A stretch of DNA of 64,000 nucleotides from an uncultured Candidatus Rokubacteria bacterium (lineage in GTDB: Bacteria > Methylomirabilota > Methylomirabilia > Rokubacteriales > CSP1-6): positions 704,001 through 768,000 of the forward strand of contig CAVXJS010000021.1 of NCBI GenBank assembly GCA_963762145.1, written 5' to 3'. The notes beneath the pieces are model-generated. The model did no database searches and had not been told where the DNA came from. It saw nothing but the letters and a program-made list of their open reading frames with translations. Position numbers and translations under genes: made by a program. This document shows, piece after piece, positions 28,553-36,956 of the stretch; the stretch's first letter is position 1, and each line of letters begins with the position of its first letter.

Positions 28553-29200
28553 CTAGGATGCGCGTCGGTCCCGGGCGCCGACTCGGCTCGCCGTCCGCGC
28601 CAGACGAGCGAGGTCGAGCTCGATCGAGTCGCGCATGTCCGCCTTCAGCGTGCGCCGCATGTGGGCGAGCGCCCGGGTGTGGTCGGTCGGCGTCCGGCCC
28701 ACCACGCAGTCCGGCGGCACGACGAGCTCGTAGCCCCGCATGTAGGCATCCTGCGCGGTGAACAGCACGCAGATGTCGGTCAGAAGCCCGGTGAGGATCA
28801 GCGTCCTCGCCTCGAAATGCTCCAGCAGGAGCTCCAGGGTCGTCGAGAAGAACCCCGAATGCCGCGGCTTCAGGACGAAATAGTCCCGCGCGTCGGGACG
28901 GAGCCGCCGGGTCACGACGCGGCCCGGGGAGGCCCGCCGGCCGCAGTGCGCGACGACCCTCCGGAAGTCGGACCGCCAGCGGCCAAAGTTGTCGTTCACA
29001 TAGACCGCCGGGACGCCGGCGCGCCGGGCCCGGCCCTTCAGCCGGCGGATCCGCTCCGCCATGGGCCCCGCTCCGGCGAGCACCTCCCGGGCGCCCTCGA
29101 AGGTGAAATCGTTGATCGCGTCGATCACCAGCAAGACGACCGGGCTCGCGTCCGGCGCACGGCCATCGAGATCGTTCCCCCGGCCGCGACGACGGATCAT
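28553..29200 (-). CDS. Isochorismatase-family cysteine hydrolase
   Basis: LLVIDAINDF, YVNDNFG.WRSDF, LKP.HSGFF.T.L, TDICVLFTA.DAYMR. Confidence 0.9.
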   Translation of the reverse strand: MIRRRGRGNDLDGRAPDASPVVLLVIDAINDFTFEGAREVLAGAGPMAERIRRLKGRARRAGVPAVYVNDNFGRWRSDFRRVVAHCGRRASPGRVVTRRLRPDARDYFVLKPRHSGFFSTTLELLLEHFEARTLILTGLLTDICVLFTAQDAYMRGYELVVPPDCVVGRTPTDHTRALAHMRRTLKADMRDSIELDLARLARTASRVGARDRRAS

Positions 29201-30273
29201 CGGACGGGGCGCCGCCGCTCGAGCAGACGGAGCACCACGCGCTCGTCCGGCTGCAGCGCAAAGCGGGGCCCGGCGCGTGGACGCCCCACGATGGTCACCG
29301 GCGGACCCAGCGCAGCCTCCTGGAAGGCCTCGAGGACCGCGGGATGGATGTAGCACTTCCGGCAGATGGCGGGCGTATTCCGGAGCTGCTGGGCGACCGC
29401 CGCCACGGCTTGCGTGATGTGCTTCCGGGCGCGCGTAGGACTACCCGGGTCCCGCCCCCGCAGCGCCACCGCGGCGAGCACGGTGCCGCCCCAGGTGCGA
29501 AAGTCCTTGGCGGTGAACTCGGCTCCGAAGATCTCCCGAAGGTAGGCGTTGACGTCGGCCGAGTCGATCGTCTGCCGCTGGCCGTCGTCGTCCACGTACT
29601 GGAACAGCTCGTGACCGGGCAGGTCCTGGCACTGCCGGACCACGCGCGCCAGCCGGCGGTCGGTGAGCGCGACCACGTGCGGCTTGCCACCCTTGCCGCG
29701 GAACTCGAACCGCACGCGGCCCCCGTCGACCCGCACGTGCTTCGCGCGGAGGGTCGTGAGCCCGTAGGATCCGTTCTGGCGCGCATACTCCTCGTTGCCG
29801 ACCCGGATGAGGGTGGTCTCCAGCAGCCCCACGACGGCGGCGAGCACCTTCTCGCGCGGGAGGCCGGCGCGGCTCACGTCGTCCTGGACGCGCCGGCGAA
29901 TGCGCGGCAGGGCGCGGCCGAAGTCGATCATGCGGGCGTACTTGGTCTCGTCGCGGATCTCGCGCCAGCGCGAATGATACCGGTACTGCTTGCGGCCTCG
30001 CGCGTCCCGTCCCACCGCCTGGATGTGCCCGTTCGGCGCCGGGCAGATCCACACGTCGGTCCAGGCGGGAGGGATGGCGAGGGCTCGGATCCGGGCGAGC
30101 GTCTGGCCATCGCGTATCGGCCCGCCGTCGGCGGCCCGGTACCGGAACCCGCGGCCGCTTCTGATGCGGGCGATGCCGGGGGCGGTGTCGCTGACGTATC
30201 GCAACCGGCCGGACGCCGCCGCATCAATCGACTGGGCGGAGGCGGTGGCAGGCGCCGGGACCAGAGTGCCCAC
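29197..30273 (-). CDS. Bacterial DNA topoisomerase IB
   Basis: IPPAWTDVWIC, DARGRKQYRYH, IRVGNEEY, FRGKGGK, FTAKDFRTW, RNTP.ICRKCYIHP (catalytic Tyr). Confidence 0.95.
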   Translation of the reverse strand: MGTLVPAPATASAQSIDAAASGRLRYVSDTAPGIARIRSGRGFRYRAADGGPIRDGQTLARIRALAIPPAWTDVWICPAPNGHIQAVGRDARGRKQYRYHSRWREIRDETKYARMIDFGRALPRIRRRVQDDVSRAGLPREKVLAAVVGLLETTLIRVGNEEYARQNGSYGLTTLRAKHVRVDGGRVRFEFRGKGGKPHVVALTDRRLARVVRQCQDLPGHELFQYVDDDGQRQTIDSADVNAYLREIFGAEFTAKDFRTWGGTVLAAVALRGRDPGSPTRARKHITQAVAAVAQQLRNTPAICRKCYIHPAVLEAFQEAALGPPVTIVGRPRAGPRFALQPDERVVLRLLERRRPVR

Positions 30274-30274
30274 G

Positions 30275-32200
30275 TCACGCGCTCCGACGACGGGCCCGGC
30301 CCGGCCGTCGGGAGGCCGGCGGCGCGGCCGGCGGAGCCAGCGCGCGCGTCGTCCGTGCCGTGATCGCCTGATCCACGGAGAAGAAATCGGCCCAGGGATC
30401 CTTGCGGAGTCGCTTCAGCACCGTCTCGACGGTGAATGACTCCGGCCTCGTCTTCGCCGAGAGCTCGGACCAGGCGAGCGGCGTGGAGACCGGCGCGCCC
30501 CGCTTCGCGCGTGGCGAGTAGGCCGCCACCGAGGTCGCGCCGCGCACGTTCCGCAGATAGTCGATGAAGATACGACCGCGCCGGGCCGCCTTCAGCGGAT
30601 TGATCGTGTAGCGCTCCGGCGCCCGGCGGGTCATCTCGGCGCCGATACCTTCGCCCAGCGATCGCAGCGCGTCCCAGCCCGCCTCGGGACGGAGCGGCAC
30701 CACCACGTGGAGCCCCTTGCCGCCGGTGGTCTTCACGAAGCTCACGAGGCCGAGGTCCTTCAGGAGCGCGCGCGACTCCTCGGCCGCCTCCACCACGCGC
30801 GCCCACGGCAGGCCCGGCGCCGGATCGAGATCGAGGACGAGCCGATCCGGCCGCTCGAGCCGCTCGACCCGCGTGCCCCAGGGATGGATCTCGAGCACCC
30901 CGATCTGGGCGAGGGCGACGACGCCCGCCAGATCGTCCACGTAGAGGTACGACGCGGTGCCGCCGCCGCGCTCGCGGATGCGCACGCGCTTGACCTGCTT
31001 CGGGACCCCCGGCGCGGCGTGCTTCTGATAGAAGCAGGCGCCGCGCTCACCCTCGGGACAGCGGACGATGCTCAGCGGCCGATCCGCCACGTGGGGCACC
31101 ATCCAGTCCGCGACCGCTTCGTAGTAGCGGGCGAGGCCGAGCTTGGTGATCGCCTGGTCGCGGAAGAGGACGCGGTCCGGATGCGTGAGCGTGACGCCGG
31201 CCACCTCGACCGGACCGTCGCTGCCGCCCGCGATCGGATGCGCGCGCGCCGGTCTCGGGATGCGGCCCGTCTCGCGGACGATCCGGGAGGCGGGCTTGTC
31301 CTCGCGGAGGCCCTGGAACGCGGGATGGCGCAGCAGCCCGTCGCGCGTCCACTCGGTGAACGCGACCTCGGCCACCAGCTCGGGCCTCACCCAGTGCGCG
31401 CGGGCGGGCGGCCGCGGGCCGTGGGGCGCGAACGGCGAGTCGCGCCGCTCGAGCTTGCGCAGCCGCGCGCCCAGGCGCTCGAGCGTGGTCTGGTCGAACC
31501 CGGTGCCGACGCGCCCGGCGTAGACGAGGTGGCCGTCGCGGTCGTGCACCCCGAGGAGCAGCGAGCCGAACTCCGCGCGCGCGCCGTCCGGGTCGGTGTA
31601 CCCGCCGATCACGAGCTCCTGCCGCGCCACGCACTTCACCTTGAGCCACGCCGACCCGCGCCCGGAGCGATACGACGCGCTCCTCTGCTTCGCGATGATA
31701 CCCTCGAGGCCCAGGCGGCAGGCGCGATCGAACACCCGCTGGCCGGGAGTGTCGAAGTGCTCGGAGTATCGGAGGCGGCCGCGGCGCCGTTTGAGCAGCC
31801 GGGCCAGGAGCGTCTTGCGCTCCACCAGCGGCAGCGGCCGCACGTCACGTCCGTCGAGAAAGAGCAGGTCGAAGGCCACGTAGACGAGGCTCCGGCCGGC
31901 CTCGAGCTGATCGGCCTGCTGAAGTGCCTGGAAACTCGAGACCCCGGCCCGATCGAGCGCGACGATCTCGCCGTCCAGCAGCGCCTCCTTCACCGGGAGC
32001 ACCGCCGCGGCCTCCGCCACCGTGGGGAACCGCGCGGTCCAGTCCTGGCGGTTGCGGGTGAGCAGCTTGACGCGGCCGCGCTCGATCCGGAGCAGGATCC
32101 GGTAGCCGTCGAGCTTGATCTCGTGCACCCACCCGTCTCCGGGCGGCGGCCCGGACACCAGCGTGGCGAGCTGGGGCGCGACCCACGCGGGCAGCGTCAT
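30275..32200 (-). CDS. ligD: NHEJ DNA ligase D (ligase + polymerase domains)
   Basis: HEIKLDGYR, EGIIAK, WLKVKC, LRHP.F.GLREDK; POL domain FYQKH, LDLDP, TTGGKGLHV, FIDYLRN. Confidence 0.95.
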   Translation of the reverse strand: MTLPAWVAPQLATLVSGPPPGDGWVHEIKLDGYRILLRIERGRVKLLTRNRQDWTARFPTVAEAAAVLPVKEALLDGEIVALDRAGVSSFQALQQADQLEAGRSLVYVAFDLLFLDGRDVRPLPLVERKTLLARLLKRRRGRLRYSEHFDTPGQRVFDRACRLGLEGIIAKQRSASYRSGRGSAWLKVKCVARQELVIGGYTDPDGARAEFGSLLLGVHDRDGHLVYAGRVGTGFDQTTLERLGARLRKLERRDSPFAPHGPRPPARAHWVRPELVAEVAFTEWTRDGLLRHPAFQGLREDKPASRIVRETGRIPRPARAHPIAGGSDGPVEVAGVTLTHPDRVLFRDQAITKLGLARYYEAVADWMVPHVADRPLSIVRCPEGERGACFYQKHAAPGVPKQVKRVRIRERGGGTASYLYVDDLAGVVALAQIGVLEIHPWGTRVERLERPDRLVLDLDPAPGLPWARVVEAAEESRALLKDLGLVSFVKTTGGKGLHVVVPLRPEAGWDALRSLGEGIGAEMTRRAPERYTINPLKAARRGRIFIDYLRNVRGATSVAAYSPRAKRGAPVSTPLAWSELSAKTRPESFTVETVLKRLRKDPWADFFSVDQAITARTTRALAPPAAPPASRRPGRARRRSA

Positions 32201-32739
32201 GCCGGCTTCGCGCGGGCTGGCTTCGCCCGGGCGGGCTTCGAGCGGGCGGGCGCGTCTCGCTCCTTGATCAGCAGCCAGTTCTCCTTTCGCGCGGGCTTCC
32301 GATCGCCGTCTCGATCACGCATGCGCACCAGCGCCCAGCCACCGCGGAGCTTGCGCCCGTGCAGGACGAACTTCAACGAGCCCTTTCGATAGCCGGCGCG
32401 CGGGTCGCCCGCCGGCTCCCACCAGCCCCGGTCCCAGATCGCGACCTGGCCGGCGCCGTAGTGCCCCTCCGGGATCTCCCCGTGAAAGCTTCCGTACTCG
32501 AGGGGGTGATCCTCGACGTGCACGGCCAGACGCTTCTGGCCCGCGACCGGCGCCGGCTGCTTCGGCACCGCCCAGCTCTTCAGCACGCCGTCCAGCTCGA
32601 GCCGGAAGTCATAGTGCAGGTGGCTCGCGGCATGGCGCTGGATCACGAAGGAGAGACGCTTCGCGGCCCGACGGGGGCGCCCCCGGGGCTCCGGTGTGTG
32701 AGCGAAATCCCGCTTGCGACGATAGACCGCGAGGCTCAC
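32197..32739 (-). CDS. Stand-alone LigD 3'-phosphoesterase (PE) domain protein
   Basis: Y.RKRDF..TPEP, FVIQRH.A.HLHYDFRLE, SWAVPK, VEDHPLEY, NWLLIKERD. Confidence 0.93.
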   Translation of the reverse strand: MSLAVYRRKRDFAHTPEPRGRPRRAAKRLSFVIQRHAASHLHYDFRLELDGVLKSWAVPKQPAPVAGQKRLAVHVEDHPLEYGSFHGEIPEGHYGAGQVAIWDRGWWEPAGDPRAGYRKGSLKFVLHGRKLRGGWALVRMRDRDGDRKPARKENWLLIKERDAPARSKPARAKPARAKPA

Positions 32740-32742
32740 CGC

Positions 32743-33567
32743 TCAGGCGGACTTGCGTCGACGAGGCCGGCGCCGGTCCTCTCCCGTCTTGGCGAGGCTC
32801 TGCTTGAGCAGCTCCGCGATGTCGATGATGTCGGCCCGCTTGCGTGGCGTGGCCTCTTCCTCCGTCTCCGGCGCCGTCACCAGCTTGCCCGACCGGCTGC
32901 GCTTCTTGATGAACGCCAGCAGCTCGTCCCGGTACTCGTCGTGGTACTGCGCGGGATCCCAGTCCTCGGTCATCTCCGCGATCAGCCGCTCCGCCATCTT
33001 GAGCTCCCGGTCCGCGATCTTGACCGTGGCGGGCACTTGGACCCGGGCCGGCTCGCGCAGCTCGGAGGCGTACCGCAGCACGTCGAGCACGAGGACCCGG
33101 TCGTGCACCACCACCGCGGCGAGATGCTGGCGCGTCTTCACCACGACCGAGGCCACCGCGAGCTTGCCGCTGCGCCGCAGGGCCTCGCGGAACAGCGCGT
33201 AGCCGCGCTCCCCGCCGCGGGTGGGCTCGAGATAGTACGGTCGATCGAAATAGATCGGCGGGATCGCGGTCGCTTCCACGAAGGCGAGCACGTCGATGCG
33301 CTGAGTGCGCTCGGGGCTCGCCCGCCGCAGGTCGGTGTCGCTGACGACCACGTACCGCCCGTTGGCCTGCTCCACGCCCCGCACGATCCGATCGCCCGGC
33401 ACCGGCTTCCCGGTCCGCTTGCTGATCTTCTGGTACCCGATCGGAGAGCTGTCCCGCTTGTCGAGCAGCGTGAAGTCCAGATCGTCGCGCTGCTCGGCCG
33501 TCACGAGGGACACCGGGATGTTGACGAGGCCGAAGCTGATGCTGCCGGTCCAGATCTTCGAGGGCAC
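32743..33567 (-). CDS. ku: NHEJ Ku protein
   Basis: IWTGSISFGLVNIPV, YFDRPYYL.P, Y.DEYR..L, short basic tail. Confidence 0.95.
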   Translation of the reverse strand: MPSKIWTGSISFGLVNIPVSLVTAEQRDDLDFTLLDKRDSSPIGYQKISKRTGKPVPGDRIVRGVEQANGRYVVVSDTDLRRASPERTQRIDVLAFVEATAIPPIYFDRPYYLEPTRGGERGYALFREALRRSGKLAVASVVVKTRQHLAAVVVHDRVLVLDVLRYASELREPARVQVPATVKIADRELKMAERLIAEMTEDWDPAQYHDEYRDELLAFIKKRSRSGKLVTAPETEEEATPRKRADIIDIAELLKQSLAKTGEDRRRPRRRKSA

Positions 33568-33580
33568 GTCGCGCCTCCGC

Positions 33581-34552
33581 TCAGCCGGCGGCGGCGACCG
33601 CGACCCGACCCGGCGACGGGGCCGGTACGTCGATCAGGTCGGCCCACGCCGGCCGCACCCGCATCCGGGCGAGCACGGAGAGGACCCGACGGGGACTCCC
33701 CAGATCACACCAGGTCACCCGGGGAAGACGCGAGACCGCGAGGTGCTCCAGATGTGCCTCCAGGACAGCTCGCGAGAAGCTCGCCCGGGCCATGAAGGAG
33801 TAGGCTTCCTGCACCGCCTCCACTTCCCGCTCCGAGTCGAGCCAGGGCCGGATGCCGGCCAGGCACCGGCTCATCTCGGGCAGCGCGCACGCGCCCAGCT
33901 CCACGAGCGCTCGCGCGCGCGCGACGGTGATCGCGGTGTTCCACAGGCACGCGGTGGTCAGACACGTCTGGACGCGATCCTCGGAGGGCTTCTCCCAGAA
34001 CTGGCGCACCCTCGAGACGACGCCGTTGTCGCCATCGATGGGCGCGCCAGGCTCGACCCAGCCGTACTCCCTCTCGGGCGATGTCGGCTGGGCCCCCAGC
34101 AATGTCACGTGATCGGGGCGCCGGGCGAGCACCCCGGCCACCTGCTGGACGTGGGCCATGAAGGTGGCCTCGCCCAGGATGAAGTGATCGGACGGGAGGA
34201 CGACCACCGTCGCGCCCGGATCGCGCCAGGCGATCCACTGGGCCGCGTACAGGATCGCGGCGGCGGTGCCTCGATCGGCCGGCTGCACGAGCACGTAGGG
34301 CGGCTGGGCAGAGCCCGCGAACTCCTCGGCGATGTAGGCGAGATGCTGACGGACCGTGACCACGACGGTGCGCTCCGGCGAGATACCCAGAGCCGCGCGG
34401 TCCAGCGTCTGCCGCAGCAGGCTTCGCGGCCCCAGGAGCTTGACGAACTGCTTCGGCCGATCCTCACCGAGCATGCGCCGGACGATGGGTCGAAGCCGGA
34501 CCCCCTCGCCGCCGGCGAGGACGATGCCCCAGAGGCCCCCGCGATCGCCCAT
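33581..34552 (-). CDS. Mannose-1-phosphate guanylyltransferase-like sugar-phosphate nucleotidyltransferase
   Basis: IVLAGGEG.RL, PKQF, QP..RGTA, PSDH, YGWV, W.DLG. Confidence 0.88.
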   Translation of the reverse strand: MGDRGGLWGIVLAGGEGVRLRPIVRRMLGEDRPKQFVKLLGPRSLLRQTLDRAALGISPERTVVVTVRQHLAYIAEEFAGSAQPPYVLVQPADRGTAAAILYAAQWIAWRDPGATVVVLPSDHFILGEATFMAHVQQVAGVLARRPDHVTLLGAQPTSPEREYGWVEPGAPIDGDNGVVSRVRQFWEKPSEDRVQTCLTTACLWNTAITVARARALVELGACALPEMSRCLAGIRPWLDSEREVEAVQEAYSFMARASFSRAVLEAHLEHLAVSRLPRVTWCDLGSPRRVLSVLARMRVRPAWADLIDVPAPSPGRVAVAAAG

Positions 34553-34557
34553 CGGGG

Positions 34558-34794
34558 CTACGCGTTGACCTTGTGCTCGGGCACGCCCGCCATCTCCGCG
34601 CAGTGCGCGCAGCAGAAATAGCGCCCGTCCGGCGCCTCGACGCCGTGGCCGATGATGCGGCACGCGCAGTGCGCGCACGTCGGCGCCATCGCGTGCAGGG
34701 CACACTCGAACGAATCGAAGGTGCCCTTCCGCTCAGGGGTGGTGATCACCATGGCCTTTTCGTAGTCGTTGCCGCAGACGTCGCAACGTCCCAT
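34558..34794 (-). CDS. Cys/His-rich small protein (prokaryotic metallothionein-like)
   Basis: CDVCGNDY, FDSFECA.H..AP.CAHC.CRIIGHGVE, FCCAHCA; GGAGG RBS. Confidence 0.85.
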   Translation of the reverse strand: MGRCDVCGNDYEKAMVITTPERKGTFDSFECALHAMAPTCAHCACRIIGHGVEAPDGRYFCCAHCAEMAGVPEHKVNA

Positions 34795-35105
34795 CGCTTG
34801 TCCTCCCGGGGCAACCCGTTCACGAGGCGCTCCGCCACGATCGCAGGGTCTTCGAACGAGTACGGGGTGCGGCGCGCGGCCCGCTCCCGCTGCCGCCGGG
34901 CCACATGCATCGGCGGAACCGCGCTCAGCGCCACCAGCGCGACCAGGGGCGAGAGGAAGAACGCCAGCACGAACCACGCGACGGGCTCCCGGCCCTTTTC
35001 CCACGCGACCCAGGCGGTCATGGACGCTCCGCCCACCCAGGCCGCGAACCCGAACAGCGTGAGCAAGAATCCCAGCCTCATGAAGTCGGCCACCAGCTCG
35101 TTCAT
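34746..35105 (-). CDS. Small membrane protein
   Basis: Two hydrophobic segments around VA.EKGR...WF; sits within the operon. Confidence 0.55.
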   Translation of the reverse strand: MNELVADFMRLGFLLTLFGFAAWVGGASMTAWVAWEKGREPVAWFVLAFFLSPLVALVALSAVPPMHVARRQRERAARRTPYSFEDPAIVAERLVNGLPREDKRWDVATSAATTTKRPW

Positions 35106-35109
35106 GTTC

Positions 35110-35190
35110 CTACCGTCCGACACCCAGCAGGAACAGGATGAGGATGAGGCTCAACGGCAAACCCAGCAGCCAGAGCAGAATAAGTACCAT
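35110..35190 (-). CDS. 26-aa single-pass small membrane protein
   Basis: MVLILLWLLGLPLSLILILFLLGVGR*; GGAGG RBS, ATG overlaps the upstream TGA. Confidence 0.7.
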   Translation of the reverse strand: MVLILLWLLGLPLSLILILFLLGVGR

Positions 35191-35828
35191 CACCAGCCTC
35201 CCGCCGCGGCCCGTTCACGCCGCGTCCGATAGTGTGTGAAGGTCATCGGCTCCCCCGAGCCCATCCAGCCGCCCACGACGCCGCCCATCAGACCCAGGAG
35301 CAAGGCGGTCACCGCCGCCAGAGCGGCGTTCCGGGCCGCCATGGCCGCCGCCGGATCCGGCGTGGCCGCGAGGGCCTGCGCCGCGGCGGGCGGCAGTCCG
35401 GCGAGCCCTCCGTACCAGGCGCCGAAGTAGGAGCCCGTGCCCATCGACGCCAGTACCACGAGGATCGGCACGGCGACGAGCCAGACGATCGCTCCGTGGA
35501 GCATCGCGGTCTCGGAGCGCCGAATGCCGGCAACCTTGGCCGCTACCCAGCCACCGAGCGCGAAGGCCAGGAACGAGCCGAAGACGCTGAACGCCAGAGC
35601 CAGGAAGCCGACCTCGCGCCAGGTGCCGAAGGGCTGGCCGACGCGATGAGCGCCGAGCGCGATGGCCACGAGCCCGAAGACGAGCGCCAGCGCGACCGCC
35701 GCCAGCGTCCCGACCCACACGCCGCTCCACGCCAGCGGCCAGGGGAACAACATGTCTCCCCGCTCTCCGTAGCTCACCGTGGTGATCTCCTCCACTCTCA
35801 CCCGCTCGCCACCCCGCTCCCGCTCCAT
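35190..35828 (-). CDS. Four-TM membrane protein (YrzE/PhnA-like W.GV..G family)
   Basis: W.GV..G...A, AF.LGGWVAA, MLHGAIVW; GGAGG RBS. Confidence 0.75.
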   Translation of the reverse strand: MERERGGERVRVEEITTVSYGERGDMLFPWPLAWSGVWVGTLAAVALALVFGLVAIALGAHRVGQPFGTWREVGFLALAFSVFGSFLAFALGGWVAAKVAGIRRSETAMLHGAIVWLVAVPILVVLASMGTGSYFGAWYGGLAGLPPAAAQALAATPDPAAAMAARNAALAAVTALLLGLMGGVVGGWMGSGEPMTFTHYRTRRERAAAGGW

Positions 35829-35856
35829 TCCGTGTGTCCTCCTGGTTCCGGGGAAG

Positions 35857-35872
35857 AGCAACTTCTGTGCCC
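35857..35872 (-). promoter_or_regulatory. Sigma-54 promoter for the Ku/LigD/TopIB operon
   Basis: Minus strand GGGCACAGAAGTTGCT (GG-N10-GC). Confidence 0.7.
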
Positions 35873-35942
35873 GGCCTGCACCTCGTGAAACCCACGCTCG
35901 CGTGCGCCGACGGCTCGCCGTACGAGCAGAAATCGGAACGGT

Positions 35943-36956
35943 TTACCCGGTAAGAACGGCGCGGACCCTCGGAAGGAGCTCGTGCTGATAAAAACGCATG
36001 AAGCCCGCCTGGTCCGGCCCGACCTGGTGCAGGCAGACGTGGTCGTAGCCGGCGTCGGCGTACTTCGCGATCCCGGCCACGTAGCGCTCCGGGTCCGGGC
36101 CGCAGACCACCGATTCAGCGACCGCGTCCTCGGTGACCAGCTCGGCGACGGCCTCGAAGTGAGCGGGCAGCGGCAGCTCCCACGACAGGCTGCTCTCCAT
36201 CGCCGCGGTGGGCCAGACCTCCCGCGCGGTGCGGCGCGCGGCCGACTCGCTCCGGGCCCAGCACACGGTCAGCTCCGCGTAGCGCGGCTTCCCGGCGCCT
36301 CCGGCCCGCTGAAACCGGTTGATCGCCTCGGCCGACGGGTCGGTCCCGACCATGCCGTCGGCCACCCGCCCGGCCAGATCGGCGCTCCGCGGGCCGCCGA
36401 CCGCCAGCAGCAGCGGCGGCGGCGCCTCCGGACAGGAGTACAGCCGCGCGTTCTCGACGGTGAAGTGCCGGCCGTGATGGCTCACGTTGTCGCCCGTCCA
36501 CAGCCGCCGGATCACCTGGACCGCCTCGAGCAGGCGCTCCTGGCGGACCTCGGTCTCGGGCCAGCCCTGCCCGACGATGTGCTCGTTGAGGTTCTCGCCC
36601 GTGCCCAGACCCAGGAAGAAACGCCCGTCCATCATGAGCGCGCACGTGGCGGCAGCCTGGGCCACCAGCGCGGGATGCATCCGCACGGTCGGACAGGTGA
36701 CCGCGGTGCCAAGCTCGAGACGCCGCGTGGCCTGCGCGATGCCGCCGATCACGCTCCAGACGAACGGACTCTGTCCCTGCCGATCGGTCCACGGGTGGAA
36801 GTGGTCGGAGATGAGGGCGAACGAGAAGCCGTGCTCCTCGGCCATGCCGGCCAGGCGAACCAACTGTCGGGGACCCTGCTCCTCGCTGGACAGCTTGTAG
36901 CCGATACGCACCGGACGGTTCCGGCGGCGCGTCGGCCGCCGCGTGCGCTTCCTCAT
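35943..36956 (-). CDS. LLM-class oxidoreductase, G6PDH-like F420-dependent family (TIGR03557-like)
   Basis: GYKLSSEE, ISDHFHPW...QGQSPFVW, GTAVTCPT.R, GTGENLNEH. Confidence 0.9.
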   Translation of the reverse strand: MRKRTRRPTRRRNRPVRIGYKLSSEEQGPRQLVRLAGMAEEHGFSFALISDHFHPWTDRQGQSPFVWSVIGGIAQATRRLELGTAVTCPTVRMHPALVAQAAATCALMMDGRFFLGLGTGENLNEHIVGQGWPETEVRQERLLEAVQVIRRLWTGDNVSHHGRHFTVENARLYSCPEAPPPLLLAVGGPRSADLAGRVADGMVGTDPSAEAINRFQRAGGAGKPRYAELTVCWARSESAARRTAREVWPTAAMESSLSWELPLPAHFEAVAELVTEDAVAESVVCGPDPERYVAGIAKYADAGYDHVCLHQVGPDQAGFMRFYQHELLPRVRAVLTG

